DNA of 63,332 bases, the filler included, from Sphacelaria rigidula (lineage: Eukaryota): assembly GCA_964200075.2 (NCBI GenBank). It is 7 parts of 7 records of this genome, joined end to end, with 100 filler letters (N's around TTAATTAATTAA, not from the genome) between each part and the next. Parts side by side here need not be neighbours in the genome. Positions count along the whole stretch, not along the records: positions 1 to 8,962 come from CAXNAA020009636.1; positions 9,063 to 18,024 come from CAXNAA020009637.1; 5 more parts are not named here. The stretch is one strand, 5' to 3'. Shown here in pieces: positions 1 through 10,454 of this stretch (its first letter is position 1; every line of letters starts with the position of its first letter). Both the position numbers and the translations under genes were made by a program. The notes beneath the pieces were generated by a model. That model searched no databases. It was not told the DNA's origin and saw only the letters and a list, made by a program, of their open reading frames with translations.

Positions 1-525
1 CGACCACAAAGAAAACAGTTCTTCCGTTTGAAATCCTGACTCTGAATCTGAAACTACACCCTGAATCTCACGAATATAGTGTTATTATTCCCTCTGCACG
101 GATTTCGTGACTTTTGTGCTGGCCCACTAACCAACTGGAAACACACTTTGCACATCGTATGGTCGCTACTGGACCACTGTATAGTCGCCATAGCACTCTC
201 AAAAGAACTCGGATAACCTGAGATGCTCCACCGCCGAAACGGTTCCCCGCTCGTACAACTTACAAAGCACGAACAAAATCGGTGATTGGGCCTCCCTTCG
301 CCAGCTCTGCCGCAGGAACGCGCATACAAACACATACTATTCTCGCGTTGCGACGATATGACTTCGTTCGCTATGACGAGATCCTTGACTAGAACCAAAC
401 AAAGCTCTCAAAGAAGGTGTAGTATTATCGCAGGCCAAAGCTCTCGTACACTGTAAACAGGGGATTCTCGAAAATGGGGTTGAAAACAATTGAGGTTCAA
501 CTCAAAAGCCGTGCTTTCCCTGAAC

Positions 526-1236
526 TGTGACAAAAATACGCCGTCACGTTGAGTTGGAAGTGATGACATCGATAATGACTGGGGGCACGGAGATTCTGGA
601 GGGTTCTGGATAATGACCGGGGACACGGAGATGGTATGTATCTGCAGGTAACACGGGATCTTACAAATTGGGGATGGATCTTTTATTGGGGATGAAAAAC
701 CCGGAGAATTAAAATCTTCGTATTCACACCAAATCTCCGAGATATTGTTCCAATTCTTAACCTACTGATAGCTATTGACAACTGCTACACGGCAGACAAA
801 TTTGAATCTCGATCACCAAACAGTTGGGGTACCGGATGAAAAAACATTTTTGGGGAATTCTGGGTGTCCGAACGGACGCGAAAATGGTTCTGAAATTGGT
901 TCTTCACCTAGGACCCCAATATTTCGATGATCGAGATCCAAATTTCTATTGCGTGTAACAGTTATGAATAGCAATCAGTAGGCGAAGAAGTGGAACAATG
1001 TTTCGAAGATTTGGTGTGAATGCGAAGGTTTTAGTTCTCCGGGTTTCTCATCCCCAATAAAAGATCCATCCCCAATTTGTAAGATCCGGTGTTAGGTCTA
1101 GAAAGCTGGTGCCCTGGAAGGTCACTCCTGAATAATGAGAATGTTGTAAAGGCTGACAACTGAAACTGAGGCCAGTAAGACTGGAGAGTCCCTCAAAAGC
1201 AGTGATCTAACAGTGCTTCCACTGGCTGGCGTCACA
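526..1236 (+). repeat. 5' LTR of Gypsy-1 (contains MITE 650-1093)
   Basis: Aligns to 5589-5853 once the MITE is removed; TG...CA ends. Confidence 0.85.
650..1093. mobile_element. MITE with long TIRs, AACAC...GTGTT termini, 4-bp TSD AGGT
   Basis: TIR AACACGGGATCTTACAAATTGGGGATGGATCTTTTATTGGGGATG matches the far end. AGGT at 646-649 and 1094-1097. The other LTR shows the empty site (CTGCAGATCTAG). Confidence 0.9.
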
Positions 1237-1665
1237 CTATCGATATTAGTGCTAGTGCTACGGTTAGTGCTAGAAAGCTGGTGGAATGGATTTCGGCGGA
1301 GACGTCTGGTAGTTGTGTGAACCTGATATACCACGGACGCGTGGAGAGGGTACTAGCTGCGGCAGCAGCAGAAAGGCGGCTGGCCTGTGATTGATCTAGG
1401 CTGGAGACTTGCTGAAGCTGCGTGCAGCGGGAGTTTGGAGGCTCCTACGACTCTGTGGTGCGGCGTCGAAGCAAGGAAAGTGCAATTCGCGAAGGTCCGC
1501 TGGCATGCATAGGTTCGCAGGTAGCTGGTTACAGCTACAGCTATGGCTACCGGCTCACGAGGTACGTCAACCGCGACACCCGTGGTCATGCGGGAAGAGT
1601 TGCGACCTCCTTAATACGGGGACAGGTACTCAGAGAGTGCATCTCGCACTTTTCACACGAGGTAT

Positions 1666-2337
1666 TTGGAATACAAGAAGCGTGTGGAGCCCGCTAATGC
1701 AGGGGGTGCCATGCGGCAACAGATCGTGACAATGGCTCAACAAGAGCCAACTCATGTACAGAGAGTGTTCGCTCGTTTGGAACATAATGAGAGCACAATC
1801 ACCCCGCCGCAATTAATTACGGCGATCAAAAAACATGCTGGGCATGCGGCGACGGAGGTAGATCTGGCCCAAGCGTCCGCGGCCGTGGCGGAAGCTGTCG
1901 CCGTAGTTTCTCGGGGGAAAACGATGTTGAAGCGGGTGGAGCCTATCCTGTTCATTTTGGAGAAGTACTTCACGGAAAATCCAAACCTGGAACTAGTATA
2001 TCGTTCCCCTGATCGTGAGTTCATTCCTGGCCCGGCCGCAGTAATCTCGAAGGCTTTGGTGGAGGGGCTGGCACCGGAAAGATTCAAGCAAGCCGTGCTT
2101 GTCAAGCTGGAGCACCAAACAGACTGGAAGGCCGACCCGTACCTGGTGATTGGTACCGTCGTGGCCGAGGCCAAGGAGTGGCGGGAAATAGTGGTGTTCG
2201 GCCAGTCGTCCACCCCTTTGCCGAACTCCTCGCGCAACCATGGCTTGAAATCGGCCGGTCGCGCCGCGAGTATTACTTGCCACCGCTGTGGCCAGGTCGG
2301 GCATTACGCGTGCAATTGCCCAACGCCTTCCGGTTGA
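1666..2337 (+). pseudogene. gag: Gypsy-1 gag with CCHC zinc knuckle (5' part probably frameshifted into ORF 1422-1697)
   Basis: CHRCGQVGHYACNC (CX2CX4HX4C) near the C-terminus; lies inside the LTRs. Confidence 0.8.
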
Positions 2338-2787
2338 GAGTCTGGGCAGTCAAGTGCCGCGCGCCATCAGTATCGTCTGCACAAGGGCAAAGGACGAGGT
2401 AATCGTGGTGGTGGCGGCGGATCCTCCGGCGATGGAGGGTCGCAGTCGAGCCCCCAGCAGCAGCCGCAGTAGCAGCAGAATCAGCAGCGGCAGGGGCAGC
2501 GGCGTGAGCATGGGCCTGGCTCTGGGTCCGGCGCCGCCGTAGGTGCTGTTGCTCCACAGCGGGCGGTGCAGGTGGGCTCGACTTCTACCGAGTCAAACAT
2601 TGCGCCAGCGCCGGTGGTGGCGCCGGTGGCAACATCGGCAGCAGCGCCAGGCGCGATGCCTGTTGACGCGCTGGTCGGAGGTTCGCCAAATTCTTGGTTT
2701 GTTGGCTGGGGGGCGTACCCACCAGCAGTGCCGTTTGAACCTGGCGGGGCGTCTTCGCCTGAACAGCTTGCGCAGCCGTAGCGTCAA

Positions 2788-5515
2788 GTGGGATTTGCGG
2801 CGCAGAGGTCAGCGGAAGAAGTTCCCGTGGAGCTTGCCGACAGATGCATTCCGGCGGAGCTATGTCTTCTGAATCAACGGCAGCGTGGAGCCATTGGGGT
2901 TCGATCTGTGTTGGATTCTGCCACCCATTTCACTGGTCTGCCGGTGCAGATGGTTGAGATGCTGGAGCGACAACTCCCGGGTGTGCCGCTGCGCATCCCG
3001 TTTTCGCTTGGGGCGCGACAGGCAGTCACCACGTCAGGTCAGCATGTTTCAGCCACGGAGCGTACTGTTCCGTTGTCGCTAGCCTTCAAGACTGCTTGGG
3101 GGCTGGCGCCGTTGCCTCCGATCTCGTTTGCGATTATGCCAGGGTCGGATGGCTTTGTCTTTCTGGGGCTGCCGACGATACAGGATCTAGGAGTCGACCC
3201 ATATAAGCGGTTGAAGGATTCCATCATGACGCGGGTGTCTCCGCCTAGTCCGCACGTGTAGACGCCCGCCTTTTGGGGCAGTCGTCGCGTGGGCTTGTCG
3301 GTGTTTCAGGAGGCTGGAAGGCAAGTGACCGAAGAGCGGGATGCGGCGGGGGAACGCTTCGTAGAGCGCGGCCCGGAGATGTTAATGATTCCGGCGGAAG
3401 AGAAGTCCGCTAGGAAGGTCGCGCTGGAGAAGAGCGTGACGGATGCCGGGACGACAGACCTCAGCATCTCAAAAGGGAGAGCCTGCGCGGCATATTGCAT
3501 TGCCGCGCCAATGCGTTTCGTTGTGCGCTATGGGGTGGTTCCCCTACGCGCGTGGAGCCCGTACGGGTTCAGCTAAAACCTGGGGCGTCCGCGGTGAAGA
3601 CGAAGCCGCGGCGGTGTGATCCAGTGAAGTCGAGTTGGTTGGCGTTGTGCATGGCGGCGCTTTTGGCGCTCGGGTTGGTGTTCCTGAATTCGCAGGCGGG
3701 ATGGTCTAGTCCGGATATGGCGTTTCCGAACAAGGCTGCATCGTGGACGGAGGGCAGGCTGCAGGCGTGGGCGGCAGCGAAGGATCTGGTGGCTCATGCC
3801 GTGACGCGGTTCCATCCTCGTCCTGATTGTCACGTGTCAATGTTTGCGGATGTATTCGAGTGCCATTGGGGTAGTTTGGTCATTCAGGTGCCTACAGTCA
3901 AAATTCAAAGTCCTGGGCGCGCTGTGGCTGTGTATAGTCCGTGTGAACCTGATGACTCGATGCCGTCCAAATCTCTTGTCCGCCAAGCGCAACGAAAAGA
4001 CCTTGGGGCCGAAGATGCAGATGTGAAATCTTTCGAGTCGGACGTAGGGACTGCTATCTTCGACAACGAAGGTCTGTTTTGTGTGCATGTGCGTGGGCGA
4101 ACCGTTTAGTGGATTCCGAGTTCTGACAAGCAGTTTCAGGTATGTCTGATGATTTGCGCGCGCAGGCGCGACGCCGGGCATCGTGATGTGGCTGCGACGC
4201 TCGTGCACTTGCAAGAGGTTTGTGTCTCGCAGGGGGTAGAAACTCATGTGCACGAATATTTCCGCCAGTATCTTCACTTTGCTGACTCGAGGGCCGGCGA
4301 TGTTGTTCCCCGCCCGCTCGGCGAAACGGTCCATGGGATCACGCCGAAAAACGTCGTTCATTTTGACTTCTTGTACGTGGGCGAGAGTGGCCCGCTAGCT
4401 TCCCAAGGTTTGTCGGAGGATGCTGGGTTTCGATACATTTTGGTAATCACGGATGATTTGAGCAACTTTGTGGCTCTGGAACCAGTAGCAGTGTGTACTG
4501 CCGAATCGAGCGCTGCTTCTTGGCTGAATTGGTGTAAACATTTGGTGGTGCCGCGTGTGTGGCTGAGTGATATCGCCACGCATTTCAAGAATGCGATCTT
4601 GGCCTGATTGCGAGAGGCTTTGCGCGTTGATCACCCGATTGCGGTAGCGTATCCTCTGTGGTCTAACGGCACGTGCGAACGCATGGTCAAGGAAGTAGTT
4701 CGTGCTCTTTGCATCCACTCTTCCCGAGCAGCGTAGAGCGGGGTCCGATTGTGTGGATGTCTTGCCGGCGGTGCAATGGGCGCTTAATACAGCGTATCGT
4801 CGTCGTTACGATAGTACGCCGTACCACGTGATCTTTGGTCGTGCCCCTCGGACATCTTTCTCGGTGCTGGCGTCTTCGTCGGCGGGGGAATGGAAGTTTG
4901 ATGTTTTGGACGATGTTCTAATTACGAGTGCATTATAAGGAATCTTGGAGTAGCAAGAACATTTCCACGTTCAAGTGCAGGAACGTGTTGCCGCTGAACG
5001 TGCGCGAAGGCGTGAGGGGTCCTCGTCGGGGCTGGATTGTGGAATTTTGAGGTAGGCGACTATGACTTGTATGCACGCGTGCGTCGTCTGGGGTTTACGC
5101 CCAAGTTGATGGCGACGTAGACTGGTCCATTGAGAGTGGTTGGTGCTCACCACCCGCACGTGTTTGAGATTTAGACCATCGTTTCGGGTCTTGTTCAGAC
5201 CGCCCATGTAGCTCGTTTGCGTTGTTATGCTGACTCGCAGCTTAATATTAGGGCTGACGTTAAGGATGTGTTCCAGCACTCTTGCAATCAGGGGCAATTT
5301 CAGATGGCTGGTATTGCCCGAGTGGTAGAAGCAGATGATCGTTCGTTGATCGTGTTGGTCGACTGGGTTGATTCCGAAGTTGAGGAGCGCACGTGGGAGC
5401 CTTCAAGGATATTTTTGAGGCCGCTCCGGAATTTCTCACGAAGGAGTTGCGTAAATTGCGCGTGACTCGTGCCGTTGCTGCTCGCATTACGAGTGAATTT
5501 AGTATTCAATTGTGA
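2788..5515 (+). pseudogene. pol: Gypsy-1 pol remnant: protease, truncated RT, integrase, chromodomain
   Basis: VLDSATHFTG...FVFLGLPTIQDLG (protease). PVRVQLKPGA...WSSP (RT N-terminus). VVHFDFLYVG...ILVITDDLSNFV...VWLSDIATHFKN...SNGTCER (integrase core). LIVLVDWVDSEVEERTWEP (chromodomain). Many stops and frameshifts. Confidence 0.85.
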
Positions 5516-5588
5516 CTTACTCATCGTTTTGGCGTTTTCTATGTTTCAAGCTGTTGATCGATTTTCGTCAAACGCGCTTTCCCTTACC

Positions 5589-5853
5589 TGTGACGAAAAT
5601 GCGCCGTCACGTTGAGTTGGTAGTGTGATGATATCGATAATGGCTGGGGGCACGGAGATTCTGGAGGGTTCTGGATAATGACCGGGGACAAGGAGATGGT
5701 ATGTATCTGCAGATCTAGAAAGCTGGTGCCCTGGAAGGTCACTCCTGAATAATGAGATTGTTTCAAAGGCTGACAACTGAAAATAAGGCCAGTGAGACTG
5801 GTGAGTCCTTCAACAGCAGTGATCCAACAGTGCTTTCACTGGCTGGTGTCACA
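5589..5853 (+). repeat. 3' LTR of Gypsy-1
   Basis: TGTGAC...GTCACA, ~265 bp, homologous to 526-1236. Confidence 0.85.
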
Positions 5854-6780
5854 GACCTAAATTCATTACAAATGACTTTCATATGGACGACCTCATCCCT
5901 CGCGACGCCCCTAAAACTATTTCGGGGGATACCTAGCATTCCGTTCCCCCAAAGGGTACGTGCGAAAGCAAGATTTTGGGGCTAAAAAGCGTCTTGGGTT
6001 TATCCCGAAATCAAGGCAAACGTGTGCTCTCGCACATTCTACCCTTTCAGGGAAAGGAAGGCTAGAAATCCCCCGAAACAGGTCCAGGAAGGTCGGGAGG
6101 GATGAGGTCCTCCATATGAAAGTCATTTGTCATGACTATAGGACAGGGAAAGAGCGACGTTTGACTTGAATTTCATTTCTAATTTCGATCCCATTTTCGA
6201 GAATCCATTGTTTGTGGCATTTTCGCATGTCGACCTCCAGCGTAGCCGTATATCCTCGTTTAGTCTAACTACACAGCTATAGAGTCAAACAGCTTCAACA
6301 CCCCAACTGGATTTGAGAAGTTGTACGTTTTCCACACACTGAATTCAGCTAAGTGATAGAAGTAGTACAGCTGAACTCACACAGCTGGTGCAAGCCAAAC
6401 TCGACTCGAGCAGTTAGTTCAAACCACACTAAACTCGAGCAAATTGTACACGTCGCACCCATTGAAAACAACTTGCCGTGGGTTTGCCCTCTACTATCGA
6501 AACACCTATACATCTCTTATTTTTTCGATCTTGGAACGTTTGGGGGTGATCTATTCAAAACGAAAATGACCTTCCAGTCAGTCGTATCCATATATGTTCC
6601 CCCCGCAGGACGCCGATCCAACAGTGAACTGAACTGTCGTTCATTTTTGTGCTAGACCTCGAAAGATCAAGAGACACGCGCACAAAACAAAATCTGTGAT
6701 ACTTGAGGTGAACGAGTAGACGCAAATAATGTGGCGCGTTAAATCATGATAGAAGACGCATCTTACTAAACCTCAATCGC

Positions 6781-7006
6781 GAAAAATGCGTGGGAGTGTG
6801 AATTGTGAGAGGATCGCGTGCTTAGGCGACCGCGTCATAGTTGAAAACACCTCAGGATGGACGTTTTCAAAACCAATCGGGCCACTCCCTGCAGAAACCA
6901 CGCCACTGACCCTTACCCCATCACTGACCCTAGCCCTAACCCAACCCATAGGATGTGTATTTTCCGATGCGATCTCCTGAGCACGCGATCCTCCCACGCA
7001 TTTCCC
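6781..7006. mobile_element. MITE (telomere-repeat family), diverged copy; partial inverted copy follows at ~7047-7170
   Basis: TIR ATGCGTGGGAG...GGATCGCGTGCT / AGCACGCGATCCTCCCACGCAT; internal degenerate CCCTAA units. Confidence 0.7.
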
Positions 7007-7193
7007 GGATAGCCGCGCGGATTTTGGATCGAGTCGGAGTTGAAACAACCCTATGGATAGGGTGAGGGTAAGTGTTGGGGTTAGGGTCAGGGGCGCGAGG
7101 GGTCATGACAAACGACGATCATGGCGTGTTCAGATTTCAATGCGGCCCAAATAGCACGCGGTCTTCTCAGGTACTATACCAGCAGCATTGCCC

Positions 7194-7404
7194 TGTAATG
7201 CGTGAGAGGACCGCGTGCTTAGCGGACCGCATCGGAATTTAAACATCCCTATTGTTAGGGTTGTGGTTAGTTTTAGTGTTGAAATTGTGGTCAGGGGCGT
7301 GGTACCCCCAGGGACTGACCTGATTGGTTTTGAAAAACGTCGATCCTGAGGTGTTTTCAACTACAGCGCGGTCCTCTCAGCACGCGGTCCTCTCACGCAT
7401 TACA
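7194..7404. mobile_element. MITE with TGTAA...TTACA termini, 4-bp TSD GCCC (Ginger-like), internal TTAGGG-like repeats
   Basis: Perfect TIR TGTAATGCGTGAGAGGACCGCGTGCT; GCCC at 7190-7193 and 7405-7408. Confidence 0.85.
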
Positions 7405-8554
7405 GCCCATAGCAGAGGTACAGACTTTGCTGCTGATATTTCCGTCATGCTGCGGCTCCTGAATCAGCTGCCACACAGTTGTTCAGGGTGCGACATACAC
7501 CACAACGAGTTCGCAACATATGTGAAGGTATCGAATATCTCGCAGCAGGGAGTCAGACTTTCGATCGCGAATAAAAACTTCTCTCTTCCTCACCCTTCTC
7601 GAAGGTTGGCTCCCACCACCCTCAACTTCAAGTGCGCCAAGATGCCTTTATTGTCACTCGACCGCGGGTTCACGTCACAACAGCCGCCGAAAATAGTGCA
7701 CCAAAATAACCGAGATCACTCACCAGCAGACGCGTCCATCACGGTGACCGCGATCAGTACGAGAAGAGCGAGGCAGCGCATAATGTCTCGAGCTTTGCAA
7801 GTAGGCGATGAAAGCACTTTTGATGAAGTATAGCGAAGGTACTTGGTGAAGGGGAGGGAGATATGTGAGTGGGTAGGGGGGGGGGCTCCACCCGAGCACC
7901 AGTTGTCAGTCCCAGCAGTAGCTCTATGGCAGAACCTAGAAGTGGGAAATGTACGGTTGCAATGATGTGTGCGCGTGAGATCTTTGAAATTACAAGGTCG
8001 CGAGGAATATACAGTATCAAAGATCGTACAGCGCAGTAGTATCGGTTGCAGCTTGCGCCGGTCAGCTCTGCTGGTGTAGTTGAAATGGCGGAGATTGTCC
8101 GGAACTGCTGCCTCCGAATCTTCCCCGGACCCAAGGTCGTTCGGCTAAGCATGGTTTCAGCGACGTGGGCAGGCACTGCTCAGGGTAGTTGAACCGATTC
8201 GCGGAGTAGTACGAGCATCATCGACTACTTCAAATTCCCCGGATCCAGCTTTCCCCGGGGTATTTTGCAGGTGGTCAGGGGACCGCATCAGAGTCCACCT
8301 TGGTTGCGCCGGTTTGCGGGGAACCACAAACGCTCAAGACCTCCTCCAAATTCCCTGGGCTCCCCACGACCGAGCAATGTTTTTGTCCTGGAGCAATGCA
8401 CTTGCCAGGGCTGCTGTTGATACCGCTGAACAGCTCCCAGCTCGAGTAGGCTGCCGTACATGACCGGTTGTACAGGCGAAATATATATGTGCACGTCACG
8501 AAAGTGTCTTGGATATCGTAGACTGTGTTCAGGTTTCTCGAATATCGTAGGTAG

Positions 8555-8771
8555 TGTAATGCGTGAGAGGACCGCGTGCATAGAGGACCGCGCCGTCGTT
8601 CAAAACACCGCAGGATCGATGTTTTTCAAAACCAATCGGGTCAGTCCCTGGAGGTACCACGCCCCTAACCCTAACCCCAACACTAAGCCTTACCCTAACC
8701 CTAACCCTAACCATAGGGATAATAAAATTCCGGTGCGGTCCTCTAAGCACGCGGTCCTCTCACGCATTAGA
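8555..8771. mobile_element. MITE, same family, 5-bp TSD GGTAG, eight CCCTAA-type hexamers inside
   Basis: TGTAATGCGTGAGAGGACCGCGTGC...GCACGCGGTCCTCTCACGCATTAGA; GGTAG at 8550-8554 and 8772-8776; hexamers at 8663-8710. Confidence 0.85.
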
Positions 8772-8962
8772 GGTAGCACTGCGGGATTTTGCACTCCCCC
8801 ATCGCTGAAGACTTCCACCGACGTCTTCGATAGCTACTTTTGATCAAGGCGCACTCTGTGAGAAATACAGAGAAAAAGGTCTGCACATATCAAACATAGT
8901 TATGCGTGGAGTGATGTTCGACGGGAAGACGAAGGCAGGCCGACCCTCAAGGCGCCTACAAC

Positions 8963-9062
8963 NNNNNNNNNNNNNNNNNNNNNNNNNNNNNNNNNNNNNN
9001 NNNNNNTTAATTAATTAANNNNNNNNNNNNNNNNNNNNNNNNNNNNNNNNNNNNNNNNNNNN
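8963..9062. other. Assembly spacer (N44-TTAATTAATTAA-N44); same spacer at 18025-18124, 27087-27186, 36149-36248, 45211-45310, 54272-54371
   Basis: 100-bp N blocks with an all-frame stop linker; contigs between them are 8962 or 8961 bp. Confidence 0.97.
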
Positions 9063-9259
9063 CCAGTGCGGGTGCCGGCGTTTCTGCTCCAATCAGCCGG
9101 GGGGGGCTGGGGGGGGGGGGGGGGGGGGTCATTGAAAAATACAGTGGGACGCATACTGCTTTGTGATGTCCTTCACGTACATCGCTATTCCAACAGGCCA
9201 TGACGGTAATGAAAAACCTCTTGGGCGTGTTTGAGGAGGGGGTGACATGATGTTATCCC

Positions 9260-9348
9260 GGGGGAGGGACGGGGGTGGGGAAGGGGCGTACTCATTTGTT
9301 GCGTGCCTCAGTCGTTTGACCATCGACCACGTACCCCTTTCGAGACGA
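9260..9348 (-). mobile_element. 3' end of poly(C)-tailed non-LTR retroposon
   Basis: Minus strand reads ...GGTCAAACGACTGAGGCACGCAACAAATGAGTACG + C-rich tract; homologous to 20890, 43100 and 63263. Confidence 0.75.
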
Positions 9349-10454
9349 TGGGGGGGGGGGGGGGTTGAGAAATTCTGCAGCCGTTCGTGCGTATCTGGTC
9401 TTGGCGATACATAACAGTCTTACCTGGAACTGTTTCAAGCGCCCTCGAGGGGTATCATGCTGATGATTTACCACTGAGAAATTTCTGTGTGGTGTGTGCT
9501 GCTATTCCGTGGTAGTGTACGCCAGTGGCTTCGGTCCCATACAAGGTAAGTACTACATGCCGTAGTCTCCTCTGCACATGGGTTTCGGGGACATACTAAA
9601 TATCTGTTGCCGTCCTCGTGCGGGATGTACTGGCACAGCGAAAGCACTCGGAAGCTTCAACTACCAGAGAGATACCCATGCCCTTAGAACGACACACGGT
9701 GATCATTTTCTCCCTCTTCCGTGTCATAATTAAGCTAGATTACGATGACACAGGCCCTCAACCGTTGCGGGGACCCATGATTTGTTGATCACTTTTGATT
9801 TTTTTTTGTTTTCGGAGTTTTTCGGGTCGATTTCACTTTTTTTTTTCTTCTCGTACGCGCACCCCACCAGGTGGCCGAATGGGGTCAAAGAAATCAGTCA
9901 ACTTGAAAATGGCCGTATTTCGCTCCCTTCCCCGAGGGCAAAAAATAGCTGAAATAAGAGGTAAACACACATGCACGGTTGGCGGCAAGTTATCAAATTC
10001 CCATTTTGGGGACATTTTGGGGAGGAGGGAGATTTCTCTACATGGTAATCCAAACGAAGTCTGGGTAAGCGTCCCCGAAGTAGGAATTCTCCGACCCAAA
10101 CATCTACACAAAGTACCTGCCGTTCCCTTCCCCCCCCCATCAGTTTCCCCTGTACTTATACTTCGAAGTATATCTTCATACAGTGATGAACCCAGCTTTA
10201 GCATCTCTGACCCCGTGGTTCGGGTGTCACGATCTGCCCCCCGCGTTACCTGGTCCGGCGAAAACCCAGCGTGCTCCGTCCCAGCTCTGCAGGGATGCGA
10301 GGTCAATGGTCTTGTGACTACAGCATGCAAGATCATGGATGCACCGAACGTATCCTAGTTCTGGGTTAGAGGAACTGTACCTCGCCGACGAGACGCCCAC
10401 TTTGGCGTACTAGCTTGAATTGGCCTCCTCCTGCATAGCCTTGAAAGTTGATAT

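Larger units (their letters stand above)
526..5853 (+). mobile_element. Ty3/Gypsy LTR retrotransposon (Gypsy-1), decayed and internally deleted, with chromodomain
   Basis: Direct repeats 526-1236 and 5589-5853 both run TGTGAC...GTCACA; 4-bp TSD GAAC/GACC (1 mismatch). Internal gag CCHC knuckle, protease, RT stub, integrase and chromodomain in Gypsy order. Confidence 0.9.
456..6213. mobile_element. Foldback (long inverted-repeat) element interrupted by the Gypsy-1 insertion
   Basis: 456-525 (GGATTCTCGAAAATGGG...GCTTTCCCTG) is the imperfect reverse complement of ~6140-6213, and 5868-6130 is a palindrome (ACAAATGACTTTCATATGG...CCATATGAAAGTCATTTGT). Removing 526-5853 gives one continuous hairpin. 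Confidence 0.7.

Noticed and set aside
8663-8710. Chromosome-end telomere
   Set aside because: Short, degenerate and enclosed within MITE TIRs.
9007-9018. TTAATTAATTAA palindrome as a regulatory or piggyBac site, and ORFs running through N blocks
   Set aside because: Artificial linker.
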